DNA of 64,000 nt from Elusimicrobiota bacterium. GTDB lineage: Bacteria; Elusimicrobiota; Elusimicrobia; UBA1565; UBA9628. Within the stretch, counting starts at the first letter, position 1. The number at the start of each line of letters is the position of its first letter. The position numbers were made by a program, and so were the translations under genes. Below, one piece after another: positions 52,397 through 61,786 of this stretch. The DNA lies in contig DAHXMM010000005.1 of the NCBI GenBank assembly GCA_027371715.1, positions 133,750 to 197,749 of the forward strand. The letters run 5' to 3'. Under the pieces are notes generated by a model, which worked only from the letters and a program-made list of their open reading frames with translations, did not search any database and had not been told where the DNA came from.

Positions 52397-52681
52397 ATGG
52401 ACGCGCAGATGACTCAGATGGAAATAGACGGAAGATTGGAGGCCGAGGAAGCCGAATTCTTGGACCAACCGGGCCGGACTGAGGGCAAGAACCTGAAGCC
52501 TTCCCGCTACATCAAGATGCAGAACTTCATCCTGATCAAGGACATCGTAACCTTGGACGAGATTCGCTTGAAGTTCATGAAACAGGGGCAAGACATCAGC
52601 CGCGAAAGGCTTCTGTCGGAGGCCATACGCTCACTCTCCAAGGAAGTTTCCTCAGGGAAATTCGAGCTCAAAAATCCATGA
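52397..52681 (+). CDS. small protein, possibly a ribbon-helix-helix DNA-binding protein
   Basis: ATG 52397 is preceded by AAGGGGG. The C-terminal half RYIKMQNFILIKDIVTLDEIRLKFMKQGQDISRERLLSEAIRSL resembles the RHH beta-alpha-alpha pattern (..SRsellreAI..). Confidence 0.4.
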   Translation: MDAQMTQMEIDGRLEAEEAEFLDQPGRTEGKNLKPSRYIKMQNFILIKDIVTLDEIRLKFMKQGQDISRERLLSEAIRSLSKEVSSGKFELKNP

Positions 52682-52922
52682 AGCTCGGAAAAACCTGCGT
52701 CTGTCGCTGTATCTGTTCTTGCAGACATGGGCGGAAAACCGGAGAACTTCAAAAATGAGCGATATTTCCGGTCTTTTTTCGCCCGCCTCTTTGGCGAAAA
52801 GGCCGCCAAAGCCTCCTGACCACACCCCCACAACCACATTAAAAATTGTGGTCAACAGTGGTGCTGTGGTCAGGAGGACGGCGGGGTTTGGGGCGGGAAA
52901 TATCTTGTGGGAGAGGAGATAA

Positions 52923-53786
52923 ATGAAGGAAGAAAGGGTCAAGATTAGTGTCTGTTATGAAGGGGAAACGTCCGAGTTTGAGATTAGAAGAACGGGGTTG
53001 AGGGTCTTGAGAGGTCTGGAGAAATGGGGAATTTTAAGCCTGCCTCAGATCGAGGGATTGGCGTTCAACGGGGGTTCGGAAAAGGAAAAGCTGGATTTAT
53101 TTTTTAACGGAAGCTTTGAGGACGAATACCGGGGAGCGAGCTACAAGGTCCTGGAACGGCTTGAAAAGCGGGGGCTTGCGAAGCATCATCGCCATATCAA
53201 TGCGCCGAGGGTTTACGCGCTGACACGGGAAGGTCATAAGGCATTGGAAGAGGCCGGCATGGCCAGGATTGGGGATTATCGGGAGATGATCTCAGACTTC
53301 ATGGTCAAGCATGAGCTCTTGGTTTCAGGGATTGGACTCGTCATGAGCGAACTCTTGGGGCTTCGGGTCTCAACCGAGTTCGAGCGTCAGGTTCTAAGCC
53401 GAGGCCATGCGGGGGATTTTCCTTTACCGGATTTATGGATTACGGACGCCGAACAACCAAAGGCGGTCGAGGTCGAGAGAAGCCTCAAATCAGCCGCACG
53501 ATACCGCAAACTCTGGGAGTTTTACCGGGCCAACTTACCCGGACCGGCGGTTGTTCTCTACATCGCGGCTTTCCCGAACGGAACAAAACTCCTCTTGTCC
53601 CGCGCGCGCAAGTTCATGGCTGATTTCATTTATGTCTGCGATCTTATGGAGTTCAAGTCGTCCTTGGGACGAGGTCCTTTCGTGGGGTATAGGGGCGACG
53701 AGATTTATTTAGGCAAGCCGGAAGAATCCCTGCTGGAACCCCTGTTCCGTCCTGAAGAATCCCTTGTGGGAGTCCGCCCTTATTGA
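52923..53786 (+). CDS. replication-relaxation family-like protein
   Basis: N-terminal wHTH-like LRVLRGLEKWGILSLPQIEGLAF...YKVLERLEKRGLA, HELLVSGIGL, and LPDLWITDAEQPKAVEVERSLKS (PDx...ExExx pattern recalled for Replic_Relax). GAGGAG lies upstream. Confidence 0.45.
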   Translation: MKEERVKISVCYEGETSEFEIRRTGLRVLRGLEKWGILSLPQIEGLAFNGGSEKEKLDLFFNGSFEDEYRGASYKVLERLEKRGLAKHHRHINAPRVYALTREGHKALEEAGMARIGDYREMISDFMVKHELLVSGIGLVMSELLGLRVSTEFERQVLSRGHAGDFPLPDLWITDAEQPKAVEVERSLKSAARYRKLWEFYRANLPGPAVVLYIAAFPNGTKLLLSRARKFMADFIYVCDLMEFKSSLGRGPFVGYRGDEIYLGKPEESLLEPLFRPEESLVGVRPY

Positions 53787-53796
53787 GGAGGAAAAC

Positions 53797-54036
53797 ATGA
53801 CAACAAACGAAACCGACGCCGTAATGGAAGATGAACGCGCAACTACCTTGGAGAAAAGATTTCTCCGAATCGAGGAATTGTCGGAGTATATGGGAACCCC
53901 CGTGGCCACGCTTTATACCTGGACGCATCAGAAAAAAATTCCGCATCTTAAGATGGGACGTTCGGTGCGCTTTGACTTAAGAGAAATAGAAGCGTGGCTG
54001 AAAGAAAGGCGCGTGGGGGTTTCATCCTTTGCGTAA
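53797..54036 (+). CDS. excisionase / AlpA-MerR-type HTH DNA-binding protein
   Basis: ATG 53797 after GAGGAGG. FLRIEELSEYMGTPVATLYTWTHQKKIPHLKMGRSVRFDLREIEAWL is the typical excisionase HTH pattern. Lies immediately upstream of int. Confidence 0.75.
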   Translation: MTTNETDAVMEDERATTLEKRFLRIEELSEYMGTPVATLYTWTHQKKIPHLKMGRSVRFDLREIEAWLKERRVGVSSFA

Positions 54037-54097
54037 ATTGTCGCGGAAAAGGATGACGGCGGATGGAACTTTTTCGGGAGTTTTGAGTAAGTAAGGT

Positions 54098-55165
54098 ATG
54101 GGACTCTTCAAAAAAGGCGAGAGCTGGTATATCGACTATTACCATGGAAGACGCCGGAAGCGGGAGAAAATCGGCCCCTCCAAAACCCTGGCCAAGGAAG
54201 TTTTGCGAAAGCGGCAAGCCCAGGGGGCGGAGCGGCGATTTTTCCCCGAACGACAACAACAGTCCATCGCCTTTTCGCAAGCCGTTGAGAAATATTGGAA
54301 ACTGGAAGGGCAATATTTAAAGGCCAAGGGCATTCGCTCGGTTTTCGAGGCGTTAAAGGTCAAGTTTGGGGGCCGCAGGCTTTCGGATATCGCCGTTTCG
54401 GACGTTCAGGAGATTTATAACAAAAAGGCGGAAGAGACCTCTGCTTCAACGGCGAACCGCTTAATCGCGTTTCTTTCCCCGGTGTTTAACCGCGCCAAGG
54501 ATTGGGGAGATTTCCTCGGGGAAAATCCCGCCGAGAAAATCCGCCGCAGGAAGCCCGGCAATCATCGCCTGAGATTTCTTGAAGAGGAGGAAATTCGGAG
54601 GCTTTTTCTTGCCTGTTCCGCTTCGATAAGGCCGATCCTGTCGTGCGCCGTTTTGACGGGAATGCGGAAGGGAGAAATATTGGGACTAAGCTGGGAGAAC
54701 GTGGATTTGGAGCGCAACATCATTTTCATTCTTAAATCGAAATCGGGAAAGGCGCGGGAAATCCCGATAGGCGGGAAATTAAGGGAAGTTTTTTTGGCAT
54801 TGGGACCGCAGGCCCAGGGCTCCGTGTTCGATGTGCCGGAAATTACGCTTCGCCGGAGATTCTTTTCGGCGCTCAAAGATGCTAAAATAGAAATGTTCAG
54901 GTTCCATGACTTGCGACACACTTTCGCCAGTCATTTTGTCATGAAAACGGGAGATTTGCCGACTTTGCAGAAAATATTGGGTCATTCTTCGCCTCAAATG
55001 ACGCAACGCTACGCTCATTTGGCGAAGGGGCACTTGGCCGCGAAGATGGAAAAATTTGATTCGTCCATGCCTATCGAATCTTTAGATTTGCCGAGAGATG
55101 GACACTATTTGGACACCAGCTCCAAAATAGAAGTTTCAAAAATCGAGAAAAACGCTTATAAGTAA
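54098..55165 (+). CDS. int: tyrosine-type site-specific integrase
   Basis: Catalytic blocks TGMRKGEILGLSWENVD (Arg I), HDLRHTFASH (HxxR) and LGHSSPQMTQRYAHL (His, then nucleophile Tyr). The stop is 8 nt before the tRNA. Confidence 0.9.
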   Translation: MGLFKKGESWYIDYYHGRRRKREKIGPSKTLAKEVLRKRQAQGAERRFFPERQQQSIAFSQAVEKYWKLEGQYLKAKGIRSVFEALKVKFGGRRLSDIAVSDVQEIYNKKAEETSASTANRLIAFLSPVFNRAKDWGDFLGENPAEKIRRRKPGNHRLRFLEEEEIRRLFLACSASIRPILSCAVLTGMRKGEILGLSWENVDLERNIIFILKSKSGKAREIPIGGKLREVFLALGPQAQGSVFDVPEITLRRRFFSALKDAKIEMFRFHDLRHTFASHFVMKTGDLPTLQKILGHSSPQMTQRYAHLAKGHLAAKMEKFDSSMPIESLDLPRDGHYLDTSSKIEVSKIEKNAYK

Positions 55166-55173
55166 AGGATTTT

Positions 55174-55246
55174 GGGCGTGTAGCTCAGCTGGGAGAGCGC
55201 CTCGTTCGCAACGAGGAGGTCGCAGGTTCGATCCCTGTCACGTCCA
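55174..55246 (+). tRNA. tRNA-Ala (anticodon CGC), intact; its 5' 38 nt form attR
   Basis: Acceptor stem GGGCGTG/CACGTCC with G3:U70, D-arm TAGCTCAGCTGGGAGAGC, anticodon stem-loop CCTCG-TTCGCAA-CGAGG, T-arm GGTTCGATCC, discriminator A. CCA is not encoded. Confidence 0.9.
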
Positions 55247-55349
55247 CGTTTTTCATTGATGAGTCCTGAAAGACGCCTCAGTCAAGAATGCGCTCTGGCT
55301 TCTATAAAATCGCGGCGGCGAAATCCGGTTAGGCCGCATCCAAAAAATT

Positions 55350-56402
55350 CTAGCGGTATTGCCTAAGACCAAGACTGGCCAAGGTCCAGGCCGTCATCTT
55401 ATAGAGGAGTCTTGCGCCGACATTGGCGTCCCATTCTCCATTTTTTGAATTAAGGCCTGGGGAAACTTCGTTGAGATCAAAGCCCACGATTTTGCGCCCG
55501 CTTTTAACGGCCTGGGCGATAAGATAGACGGCTTGGTCAAAGTCGAGGCCTCCGGGAACCGGCGTTCCGGTATGTGGGCAAAAGCGAGGGTCAAGTCCGT
55601 CAATGTCGAAGGTAATCCAAATTTTTTCCGGAAGTTGAGAAATAATACGAGAGGCAATCCCCATCCAGGGTTCGCCGGAGAAAAGGGAAGCCTTAATTTG
55701 GGCGTCATAAAAAACGGAGACCTGGGCGCTTTTTTTGCGCGCGTAATCCGCCTCTTCCTCGCAGAAATCCCGGATGCCGACTTGAACCAGGCGGGAAACC
55801 GGAATAGTTTCCAAAACGTTGTAGAGGATAGACGCATGTGAGTGGGTAAATCCTTCATAGGCGCGTCTTAAGTCATGATGCGCGTCAAAATGGAGAATTC
55901 CAAGCCCGGGAAATTTTTCAACGGCCGCTTTGATTGCGCCATAGGGGGTTGAATGATCTCCTCCGATGACGGCGAGAACTTTTCCCGCCTCCAAAACGCG
56001 CCGCGATTCTTTGTAAACTTCCTCGTTGAGCTTTTCGCTCAAAGCATTGACGAGGGTCAAGGATTTTTGAAGAGACTTATTTTTTGAAATGTCTCCTCCA
56101 TGAGAAATAACTTTTCGCGCGGCAGTCTTAGCTATTTTATTCCATTCCCTGATCTTTTTCGATTCCGGCAGGCAAAAAAGCCCCGGTTCGTAGGGCTTTA
56201 AGACGTCTCCGTCGAAAAGATCGACTTGGGCGCTCGCTTGAAGGATGGCCGAGGGGGCTTGGGCGGTTCCGCCGCCGTAAGAAGCGGTCGCTTCCCAAGG
56301 CACGGGAAGATAAACCAGCGCGGAATCCGATTCTTTAAAAGGAAGGCCAAAAATCCCGGATCCCTCGGCTGCGGCCGAGTTTGGATCGAAATTTTTATCC
56401 AT
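55350..56402 (-). CDS. speB: agmatinase / ureohydrolase (arginase family)
   Basis: Mn-binding blocks GGDHSTPYG, HFDAHHDLR and DIDGLDP. 350 aa. Confidence 0.8.
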   Translation of the reverse strand: MDKNFDPNSAAAEGSGIFGLPFKESDSALVYLPVPWEATASYGGGTAQAPSAILQASAQVDLFDGDVLKPYEPGLFCLPESKKIREWNKIAKTAARKVISHGGDISKNKSLQKSLTLVNALSEKLNEEVYKESRRVLEAGKVLAVIGGDHSTPYGAIKAAVEKFPGLGILHFDAHHDLRRAYEGFTHSHASILYNVLETIPVSRLVQVGIRDFCEEEADYARKKSAQVSVFYDAQIKASLFSGEPWMGIASRIISQLPEKIWITFDIDGLDPRFCPHTGTPVPGGLDFDQAVYLIAQAVKSGRKIVGFDLNEVSPGLNSKNGEWDANVGARLLYKMTAWTLASLGLRQYR

Positions 56403-56411
56403 GAATCCGGC

Positions 56412-57473
56412 TTATTTTGCAGCGGCTAAGGATTTTGCTTCTTGCGCCTTGAGAACGTCGTTGTATCGGCGGGCGGTTCTCGCCTTCCAAGAGCCCTTGT
56501 GGTAGGCGTAGGAAGCGAGAAGCGGCAAGGAGAGAGTGGCTTCGGAATAAACCATCTGCTCGTAAACGGTATCCACCTTGCCCCAAGAGCAGGCTTCTCT
56601 GAGCGTGGAGCCGGAAAGGGCGCCGTCTCTTTCGTCGGCGACGGTGAGCTGAATCGCGTATTTGTGCATTTTGGGTTCCAGTCCCAGCATTTCAACTCCG
56701 ACAGTGACGTCTTGAGCGAAGTTCTTGGGCACTCCGCCGCCGATCATCAAAAGTCCGGTGTCTTTCGAGGCTATTTTGACTTTCACCAGTTCGACAAAGT
56801 CTTTCGCGGAATCAATCGAGACATGCTCATCCGCGTTGTCCCATTGGTGGCGCAGAAGCCCAAAGCCGGCGGAACAGTCCGAGAAGGCGGGGACAAAAAT
56901 CGGCAGGCCTTTTTTGTAAGCCGACAAAATCACCGATTCCTTAATTTTTCCTTTTGTCATTAAATACTTTCCCATCTCCATGATAAATTCACGAGAAGAA
57001 TAGGGGCGCGGCGTAAGGTGATTTGCGATTTCGGCGCTAGTGTCATCGGTGTCCCCTAATGCGTCCTCATCAATAAAGGTATCATAAATTCTGTCCACGC
57101 GGGCGGCGCGAAGAGCGTGATCGTCAACCCATTTACTGCCTTTGTAGTGTTTGTTTCCCAGGGCTTCAAAAAAGTCTTGGTCAACAATATTCGCTCCGGT
57201 CGACACGATGGCGTCAACCATGTTGTTTTCAACCATGTCCCATACGATTTTCTTGAGTCCCGCTGAAAACAAGGAACCCGCCAAGCAGAGGATGATGGAG
57301 GTGTCTTTATCAGCGAGCATTCGATCATAGATTTCAGAGGCCCGCGCGAGATCTCGCGCGGAAAAAGCCATTTTGCTCATCGCGTCTATCAAGGGAACCG
57401 CGTTGAATTTGGTGATGTCGATGTGTTCAATCGGCTCTTTTAAAAACGCGGCCTTATTCATTTTTTTAATCAT
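56412..57473 (-). CDS. deoxyhypusine synthase-like protein (bacterial DHS/homospermidine-synthase-type)
   Basis: ATG 57471-57473 after AAGGAGG. The blocks ILCLAGSLFSAGL, VDAIVSTGANIVDQDFFEALG, IFVPAFSDCSAG and GGGVPKNF follow the DHS pattern. Confidence 0.75.
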   Translation of the reverse strand: MIKKMNKAAFLKEPIEHIDITKFNAVPLIDAMSKMAFSARDLARASEIYDRMLADKDTSIILCLAGSLFSAGLKKIVWDMVENNMVDAIVSTGANIVDQDFFEALGNKHYKGSKWVDDHALRAARVDRIYDTFIDEDALGDTDDTSAEIANHLTPRPYSSREFIMEMGKYLMTKGKIKESVILSAYKKGLPIFVPAFSDCSAGFGLLRHQWDNADEHVSIDSAKDFVELVKVKIASKDTGLLMIGGGVPKNFAQDVTVGVEMLGLEPKMHKYAIQLTVADERDGALSGSTLREACSWGKVDTVYEQMVYSEATLSLPLLASYAYHKGSWKARTARRYNDVLKAQEAKSLAAAK

Positions 57474-57554
57474 GGCTGCCTCCTTTGTGCTTTTGTCTTC
57501 GCCGTTAATTTTATAACATTTATTAGGAATAACGAAATAGTTTTTTAAGAAAAA

Positions 57555-57890
57555 ATGCCAGTCCCTTCCGAAATAGAAAAAGACGCGCATAAACTCTATA
57601 TTTCTTGGCATGATGGACATAAAAGCGAATATCCTTTTCGCTACCTAAGAGAAAACTGTCCATGCGCGATGTGCCGGGATGAATTCACCGGAGAAAGAAT
57701 TCTGGACGTCTCGACAATTCCGTCGGATCTCGTTTCTCAAAGGGAAAGCGTGGTCGGTCATTATGCCTTGGCTTTTTCCTTTTCGGATGGGCACGGAGCG
57801 GGAATATACACTTTTGAGTATTTGAGAGAAATTTGTTCGTGTTCGGATTGCGCTTTTAATTCTCATAAAAATGGGTCAACCTATGCCTGA
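57555..57890 (+). CDS. DUF971 (gamma-butyrobetaine-hydroxylase N-terminal-like) Zn-binding protein
   Basis: LYISWHDGHKSEYPFRYLRENCPCAMCRDE...GHYALAFSFSDGHGAGIYTFEYLRE is the DUF971 pattern. Confidence 0.7.
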   Translation: MPVPSEIEKDAHKLYISWHDGHKSEYPFRYLRENCPCAMCRDEFTGERILDVSTIPSDLVSQRESVVGHYALAFSFSDGHGAGIYTFEYLREICSCSDCAFNSHKNGSTYA

Positions 57891-59277
57891 GTGGAAAACA
57901 ATTATCGAGCCTTTCCGAATTAAGATGGTTGAGCCGTTAGGCTTTACCACTGAAAAACAACGAGCGGATTTGTTAAGGAAAGCGCATTGCAACCTTTTTC
58001 AAATTCCGGCTGATCAAGTCTTGATTGATTTATTGACTGACTCTGGGACTTCCGCGATGTCTTCCGAACAATGGGCGTGTTTGATGCGGGGGGATGAGTC
58101 CTACGCCGGCGCGCGCAGTTGGTACGTTTTTGAAAAAGCGATTAAGGACTTGACGGGATATCGTTATGTCTTGCCCGCTCATCAGGGCCGGGCGGCCGAG
58201 AGAATTTTTATGTCGGTTCTTTGCGGGCCGGGGAAAACGGTCATCACCAATACTCATTTCGACACGACGAGGGCCAATGTTGAGGTCGCCGGAAGCGCGG
58301 CCTTGGACTTGCCGGTCAAAGAAGCGTTTAATTTTTCTTCCGCATTTCCCTTTAAGGGGAATATCGACATCACGGCCTTGAAAAAATCTATTTTGGAAAT
58401 CGGCCCTAAAAATATTCCGATGATCATCATGACCGTGACGAATAATTCTCTAGGTGGGCAACCGGTTTCCCTTTCCAATTTAAAAGAAGTCTCCCGAGTC
58501 GCCAGGCAAAATAAAATTCCGCTGATTATCGATGCCGCGCGTTTCGCCGAAAATGCTTTTCTCGTTAAGCTCCGTGAAAAAGGGGAGTCCCATCGCTCGG
58601 CGTTTGAAATCGCCAAAGAGATGTTTTCTTTAGCTGATGGATGCCTCATGAGCGCGAAAAAAGACGCTTTCGCGAATATGGGAGGGTTTTTGGCTTTTAA
58701 TAATTCCGAATGGCTTAGGAAGTCCAAGGAGCTTTTGATCTTAGGCGAAGGTTTTCCGACTTACGGGGGGCTCGCGGGCCGGGATCTCGAGGCCATTGCG
58801 CAGGGCCTTAAAGAAATCGTGGATGAAAATTATCTTTCCTATCGTTTGCGTTCGGCGGCTTACTTAGCGGAAGGGTTAAAAAAACATAAGGTGCCGATCA
58901 TCAATCCTCCCGGAGGCCATGCGATCTACGTGGATGCGAAGCGCTTTTTGCCGCACATTCCTCCCCATCAGTTTCCGGCCCAGGCCTTGGTTTGCGAACT
59001 CTATTTGTTGGGAGGCATTCGCTCGGTTGAGGTTGGTTCCTTGATGTTTGGGCGAGGAACAGGGGAAGATTTTAAGCCTGCGAAGATGGAACTGGTTCGG
59101 CTGGCTTTGCCGCGCCGCGTTTACACCCAAAGTCATGTTGATTTTATTATCGAGGTTTTTGGTTTTCTTGTCAGCCGCAAAAAATTCATTCGCGGCCTTG
59201 AGATTACTGAGGAACCCAAGACCTTGCGCCACTTCACGGCGAAACTGAAGCCCATCGGCCAAAAAGAGAAACAATGA
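57871..59277 (+). CDS. beta-eliminating lyase (tryptophanase / tyrosine phenol-lyase family)
   Basis: [13 protein letters not shown]-terminus. PLP-lysine region [17 protein letters not shown]. 468 aa. An alternative ATG is at 57883. Confidence 0.85.
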   Translation: MGQPMPEWKTIIEPFRIKMVEPLGFTTEKQRADLLRKAHCNLFQIPADQVLIDLLTDSGTSAMSSEQWACLMRGDESYAGARSWYVFEKAIKDLTGYRYVLPAHQGRAAERIFMSVLCGPGKTVITNTHFDTTRANVEVAGSAALDLPVKEAFNFSSAFPFKGNIDITALKKSILEIGPKNIPMIIMTVTNNSLGGQPVSLSNLKEVSRVARQNKIPLIIDAARFAENAFLVKLREKGESHRSAFEIAKEMFSLADGCLMSAKKDAFANMGGFLAFNNSEWLRKSKELLILGEGFPTYGGLAGRDLEAIAQGLKEIVDENYLSYRLRSAAYLAEGLKKHKVPIINPPGGHAIYVDAKRFLPHIPPHQFPAQALVCELYLLGGIRSVEVGSLMFGRGTGEDFKPAKMELVRLALPRRVYTQSHVDFIIEVFGFLVSRKKFIRGLEITEEPKTLRHFTAKLKPIGQKEKQ

Positions 59278-61259
59278 GTAAAGGCGCCATTTTCCTCGTC
59301 ACCCAAGACATGACCTTGATCGGCGAGTTGGAAACTTATCTTAAAAATTATGATTACTCCCTGACGGCGTTTAATTCCGCGGCGGATGCGATCATTCGTA
59401 TGGGAACTCCGGATATCGCGGCTTTGGTTCTTGATCATGAGCGCATGAGCGTTGCGGAAAGGCAAGCCCTCTTTAACGCCTATAAGATTCGCGGACGATT
59501 TCCTCTTTTTTTGCTTCAAACCTTGGCGAGTTTTTCTCCCGTTCAGTCTGTCCCAGTGCGGACTCTTCCCTGGCCTCCTCCCCATGGTTTTGCCGATCAA
59601 TTGCGTTCGGTTGAGCGTTCGGTTGTCTTTTTGGCGGATGAGGCATTTTTTACCAGTCATGCTCTTCCGATTGCGTTCAGGCAATCGGGAATCGTCGTTG
59701 AAGAATATCCAAATGCCCAAAATCTTGAAAAATTTCTTTTGGAAAGAACCATTCCGCCCAACGATGTTTCCGATCCGGGGAAGACCTTCTGGAAAAACGT
59801 TTCCCAGACCTCCAAGCCTGAGCCCGCCTCTTTTGGCGTAGGGAGAAAATGCCAGGTTATTATTCCCTTGCCTGGTTTATGGTCTGATGTTGTTCGTTTT
59901 GACGCGGCTTTGAGAAAAGCCGTGACTAATTGCGTTTGCTATTACATTTCGAGCATTGATCGCGTCCGTTGGGCGGCCAATCGCTTGAGGGAGAATATTC
60001 CCGTTGAGCTTTTTCGCGAAGAAGTGGGCTTTATTCCAAAGCTTTTAACCGAGGCCCCGCAACTGACGGAGCCGGCTCAAAGGGGCAAGGAGAGAATACT
60101 GTTTTTGGATAATTATAAGCCGACCTTGGACGCATTGTCTGAAGCCTTGCGCGTGTCGGGCTATGATGTGGTTACGACCATGGACGCGGAAGACGCGTTG
60201 CGCCGAGCGCAAATAAAGGGCAGTTTTCATTTGGCGGTGGTCGGAGCCGCCTTGGCCTATACTCGGCATACAGGTCTTGAAATCGCCCAAAAACTCAGAG
60301 AACATGATCCGGATTTAAGAATCATCTTCATGGTTGATCGTTATCCCCTAACCGCCGCGCTTCAGGGGGTCAGCCAATCCGTCGAGTTGGGGTTAGACGA
60401 CGCCTTGCTTAAGCCGGTCGATTCCTCTCGTCTTATTTTCTCCGTTCGCCGCGCGCTTGAGCGTAGATTCCTGATTTTAGAAAATGCGCGCCTTCTAAAA
60501 GAAGTTCAGGAATCGAACCGCCAGCTTGAGCAAATCAACGGATTTCAAAAAAAGTTTTTCGCGATGGTCGCCCACGACGTCAAAAACCCCTTAACCGCGA
60601 TTTTGGGATATTCCGAAATATTAGGAATGAGCCTTAAGGACGCTCCCAAGGAGTTGGAATATTCCTCGCACATTAACTCCGCGGCCAAGACGCTGAACCT
60701 TTTGATTTCGGATTTAGTTGATTTGGCGGCTATCGAATCCGGTAAACTGCGCGTTAATTTAGGAGAACTCAATTTGTCTGAGGTCATTCAAGATGTGAGT
60801 TCCCGCATTCAAATCGTCGCCCAGCAGAGAAAAATTCGCTTTGAGGTTCAAGTTCCGCCAAATTTGCCAATGTTGAAAGGCGATCCCCACCGTATCGGGC
60901 AAGTGATTCAAAATCTTTGCACGAATGCCGTTCAATACACCAAAGAAGGGGGGCTTGTTCAGATTAAAGTGGACTTAGGGCCTCAAATGTTGACTGTTGG
61001 TGTGCGCGACTCTGGAATTGGAATTTCAAAAGAGGACTTGCCGAGAGTTTTTGAACGCTTCTTCCAATCTCAACAAGCCCAGGCAATGAGAAAAGCGGGA
61101 TTCGGGCTCGGCCTTAAGATTGCTCGCGAAATTGTCCAACTCCATGGCGGCGAGATGGGGGTGGAATCGGAATTGGGGAAGGGTTCCCGCTTTTTCTTTA
61201 CGATTCCTATTCCGCAAAAAACTCAAGCCGCTCCCGCATCTCCAGTAACCCTAAAGTAA
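59274..61259 (+). CDS. histidine kinase with N-terminal receiver-like domains
   Basis: HisKA H-box [24 protein letters not shown]-box [12 protein letters not shown]-boxes DSGIGI and GFGLGLKIA. The upstream REC-like segment [18 protein letters not shown]...HLAVVGAAL...LLKPVD has Gly where the phospho-acceptor Asp is expected. Confidence 0.8.
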   Translation: MSKGAIFLVTQDMTLIGELETYLKNYDYSLTAFNSAADAIIRMGTPDIAALVLDHERMSVAERQALFNAYKIRGRFPLFLLQTLASFSPVQSVPVRTLPWPPPHGFADQLRSVERSVVFLADEAFFTSHALPIAFRQSGIVVEEYPNAQNLEKFLLERTIPPNDVSDPGKTFWKNVSQTSKPEPASFGVGRKCQVIIPLPGLWSDVVRFDAALRKAVTNCVCYYISSIDRVRWAANRLRENIPVELFREEVGFIPKLLTEAPQLTEPAQRGKERILFLDNYKPTLDALSEALRVSGYDVVTTMDAEDALRRAQIKGSFHLAVVGAALAYTRHTGLEIAQKLREHDPDLRIIFMVDRYPLTAALQGVSQSVELGLDDALLKPVDSSRLIFSVRRALERRFLILENARLLKEVQESNRQLEQINGFQKKFFAMVAHDVKNPLTAILGYSEILGMSLKDAPKELEYSSHINSAAKTLNLLISDLVDLAAIESGKLRVNLGELNLSEVIQDVSSRIQIVAQQRKIRFEVQVPPNLPMLKGDPHRIGQVIQNLCTNAVQYTKEGGLVQIKVDLGPQMLTVGVRDSGIGISKEDLPRVFERFFQSQQAQAMRKAGFGLGLKIAREIVQLHGGEMGVESELGKGSRFFFTIPIPQKTQAAPASPVTLK

Positions 61260-61278
61260 AGAGACGAGCTTCTTTATT

Positions 61279-61719
61279 TTAAGCGTTGTGTGGAATGATT
61301 CCCTGGGCCAGAAGTTTTGTTTCTTCCTGGGAAACGGCGACGGATTCGTGTTCCGCCAAGTAAAGATTGAGTCCCAAGAAACCGTTGAGTTCAAGAAGAG
61401 GAGCGAGGGCTTTTTGTGGGTTTTGACTCATCCAAAGAAATTCCTTACCCGCGGGCGCTTTTAGATGATGAGAGCTAATAAAACTGGCGACCGAGTCCGA
61501 AGATGGGAAAACCGGAACTTGGAATTCTCCCGGAGCTTTTTGCTCCGCCCATAAAAGAAAATCACTTGATTGCCTCAGCGTTGAAACCCCGTCTTGAAGA
61601 GGTTCCCCCATGGTCAATAGATAGACCTCTGATGAAAGAAATTCTCGGTAAAGAGCTTTCCGAAACTGATGCGGATGCTGGGCTTCCTGGCTGATGAGGT
61701 GTTCTAGTATTTCTAGCAT
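61279..61719 (-). CDS. hypothetical protein (146 aa)
   Basis: ORF only. No motif recognised. Confidence 0.4.
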   Translation of the reverse strand: MLEILEHLISQEAQHPHQFRKALYREFLSSEVYLLTMGEPLQDGVSTLRQSSDFLLWAEQKAPGEFQVPVFPSSDSVASFISSHHLKAPAGKEFLWMSQNPQKALAPLLELNGFLGLNLYLAEHESVAVSQEETKLLAQGIIPHNA

Positions 61720-61786
61720 AACCCTAACATAGCTCCAGGATTATCTTTTGTCAAGGCCCAGAACTTTGGGGAAATGCGTAGCGTGC

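Larger units (their letters stand above)
40407..55211. mobile_element. ~14.8-kb integrative genomic island (defence island) inserted at tRNA-Ala(CGC)
   Basis: A perfect 38-nt direct repeat (40407-40444 = 55174-55211). Integrase, excisionase and a replication-relaxation-like gene lie at the right end. The cargo is TA, RM and orphan defence-like genes. The central part is GC-richer than the flanks. Confidence 0.85.

Noticed and set aside
52274-52591. 105-aa minus-strand ORF overlapping the RHH-like + strand ORF.
   Set aside because: The + strand ORF has a good RBS (AAGGGGG) before ATG 52397 and an RHH-like C-terminal pattern. The minus ORF has neither.
59133-59720. 195-aa minus-strand ORF spanning the lyase / histidine-kinase junction.
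   Set aside because: It is antisense to two well-supported genes, and its Arg/Lys-rich translation has no motif.
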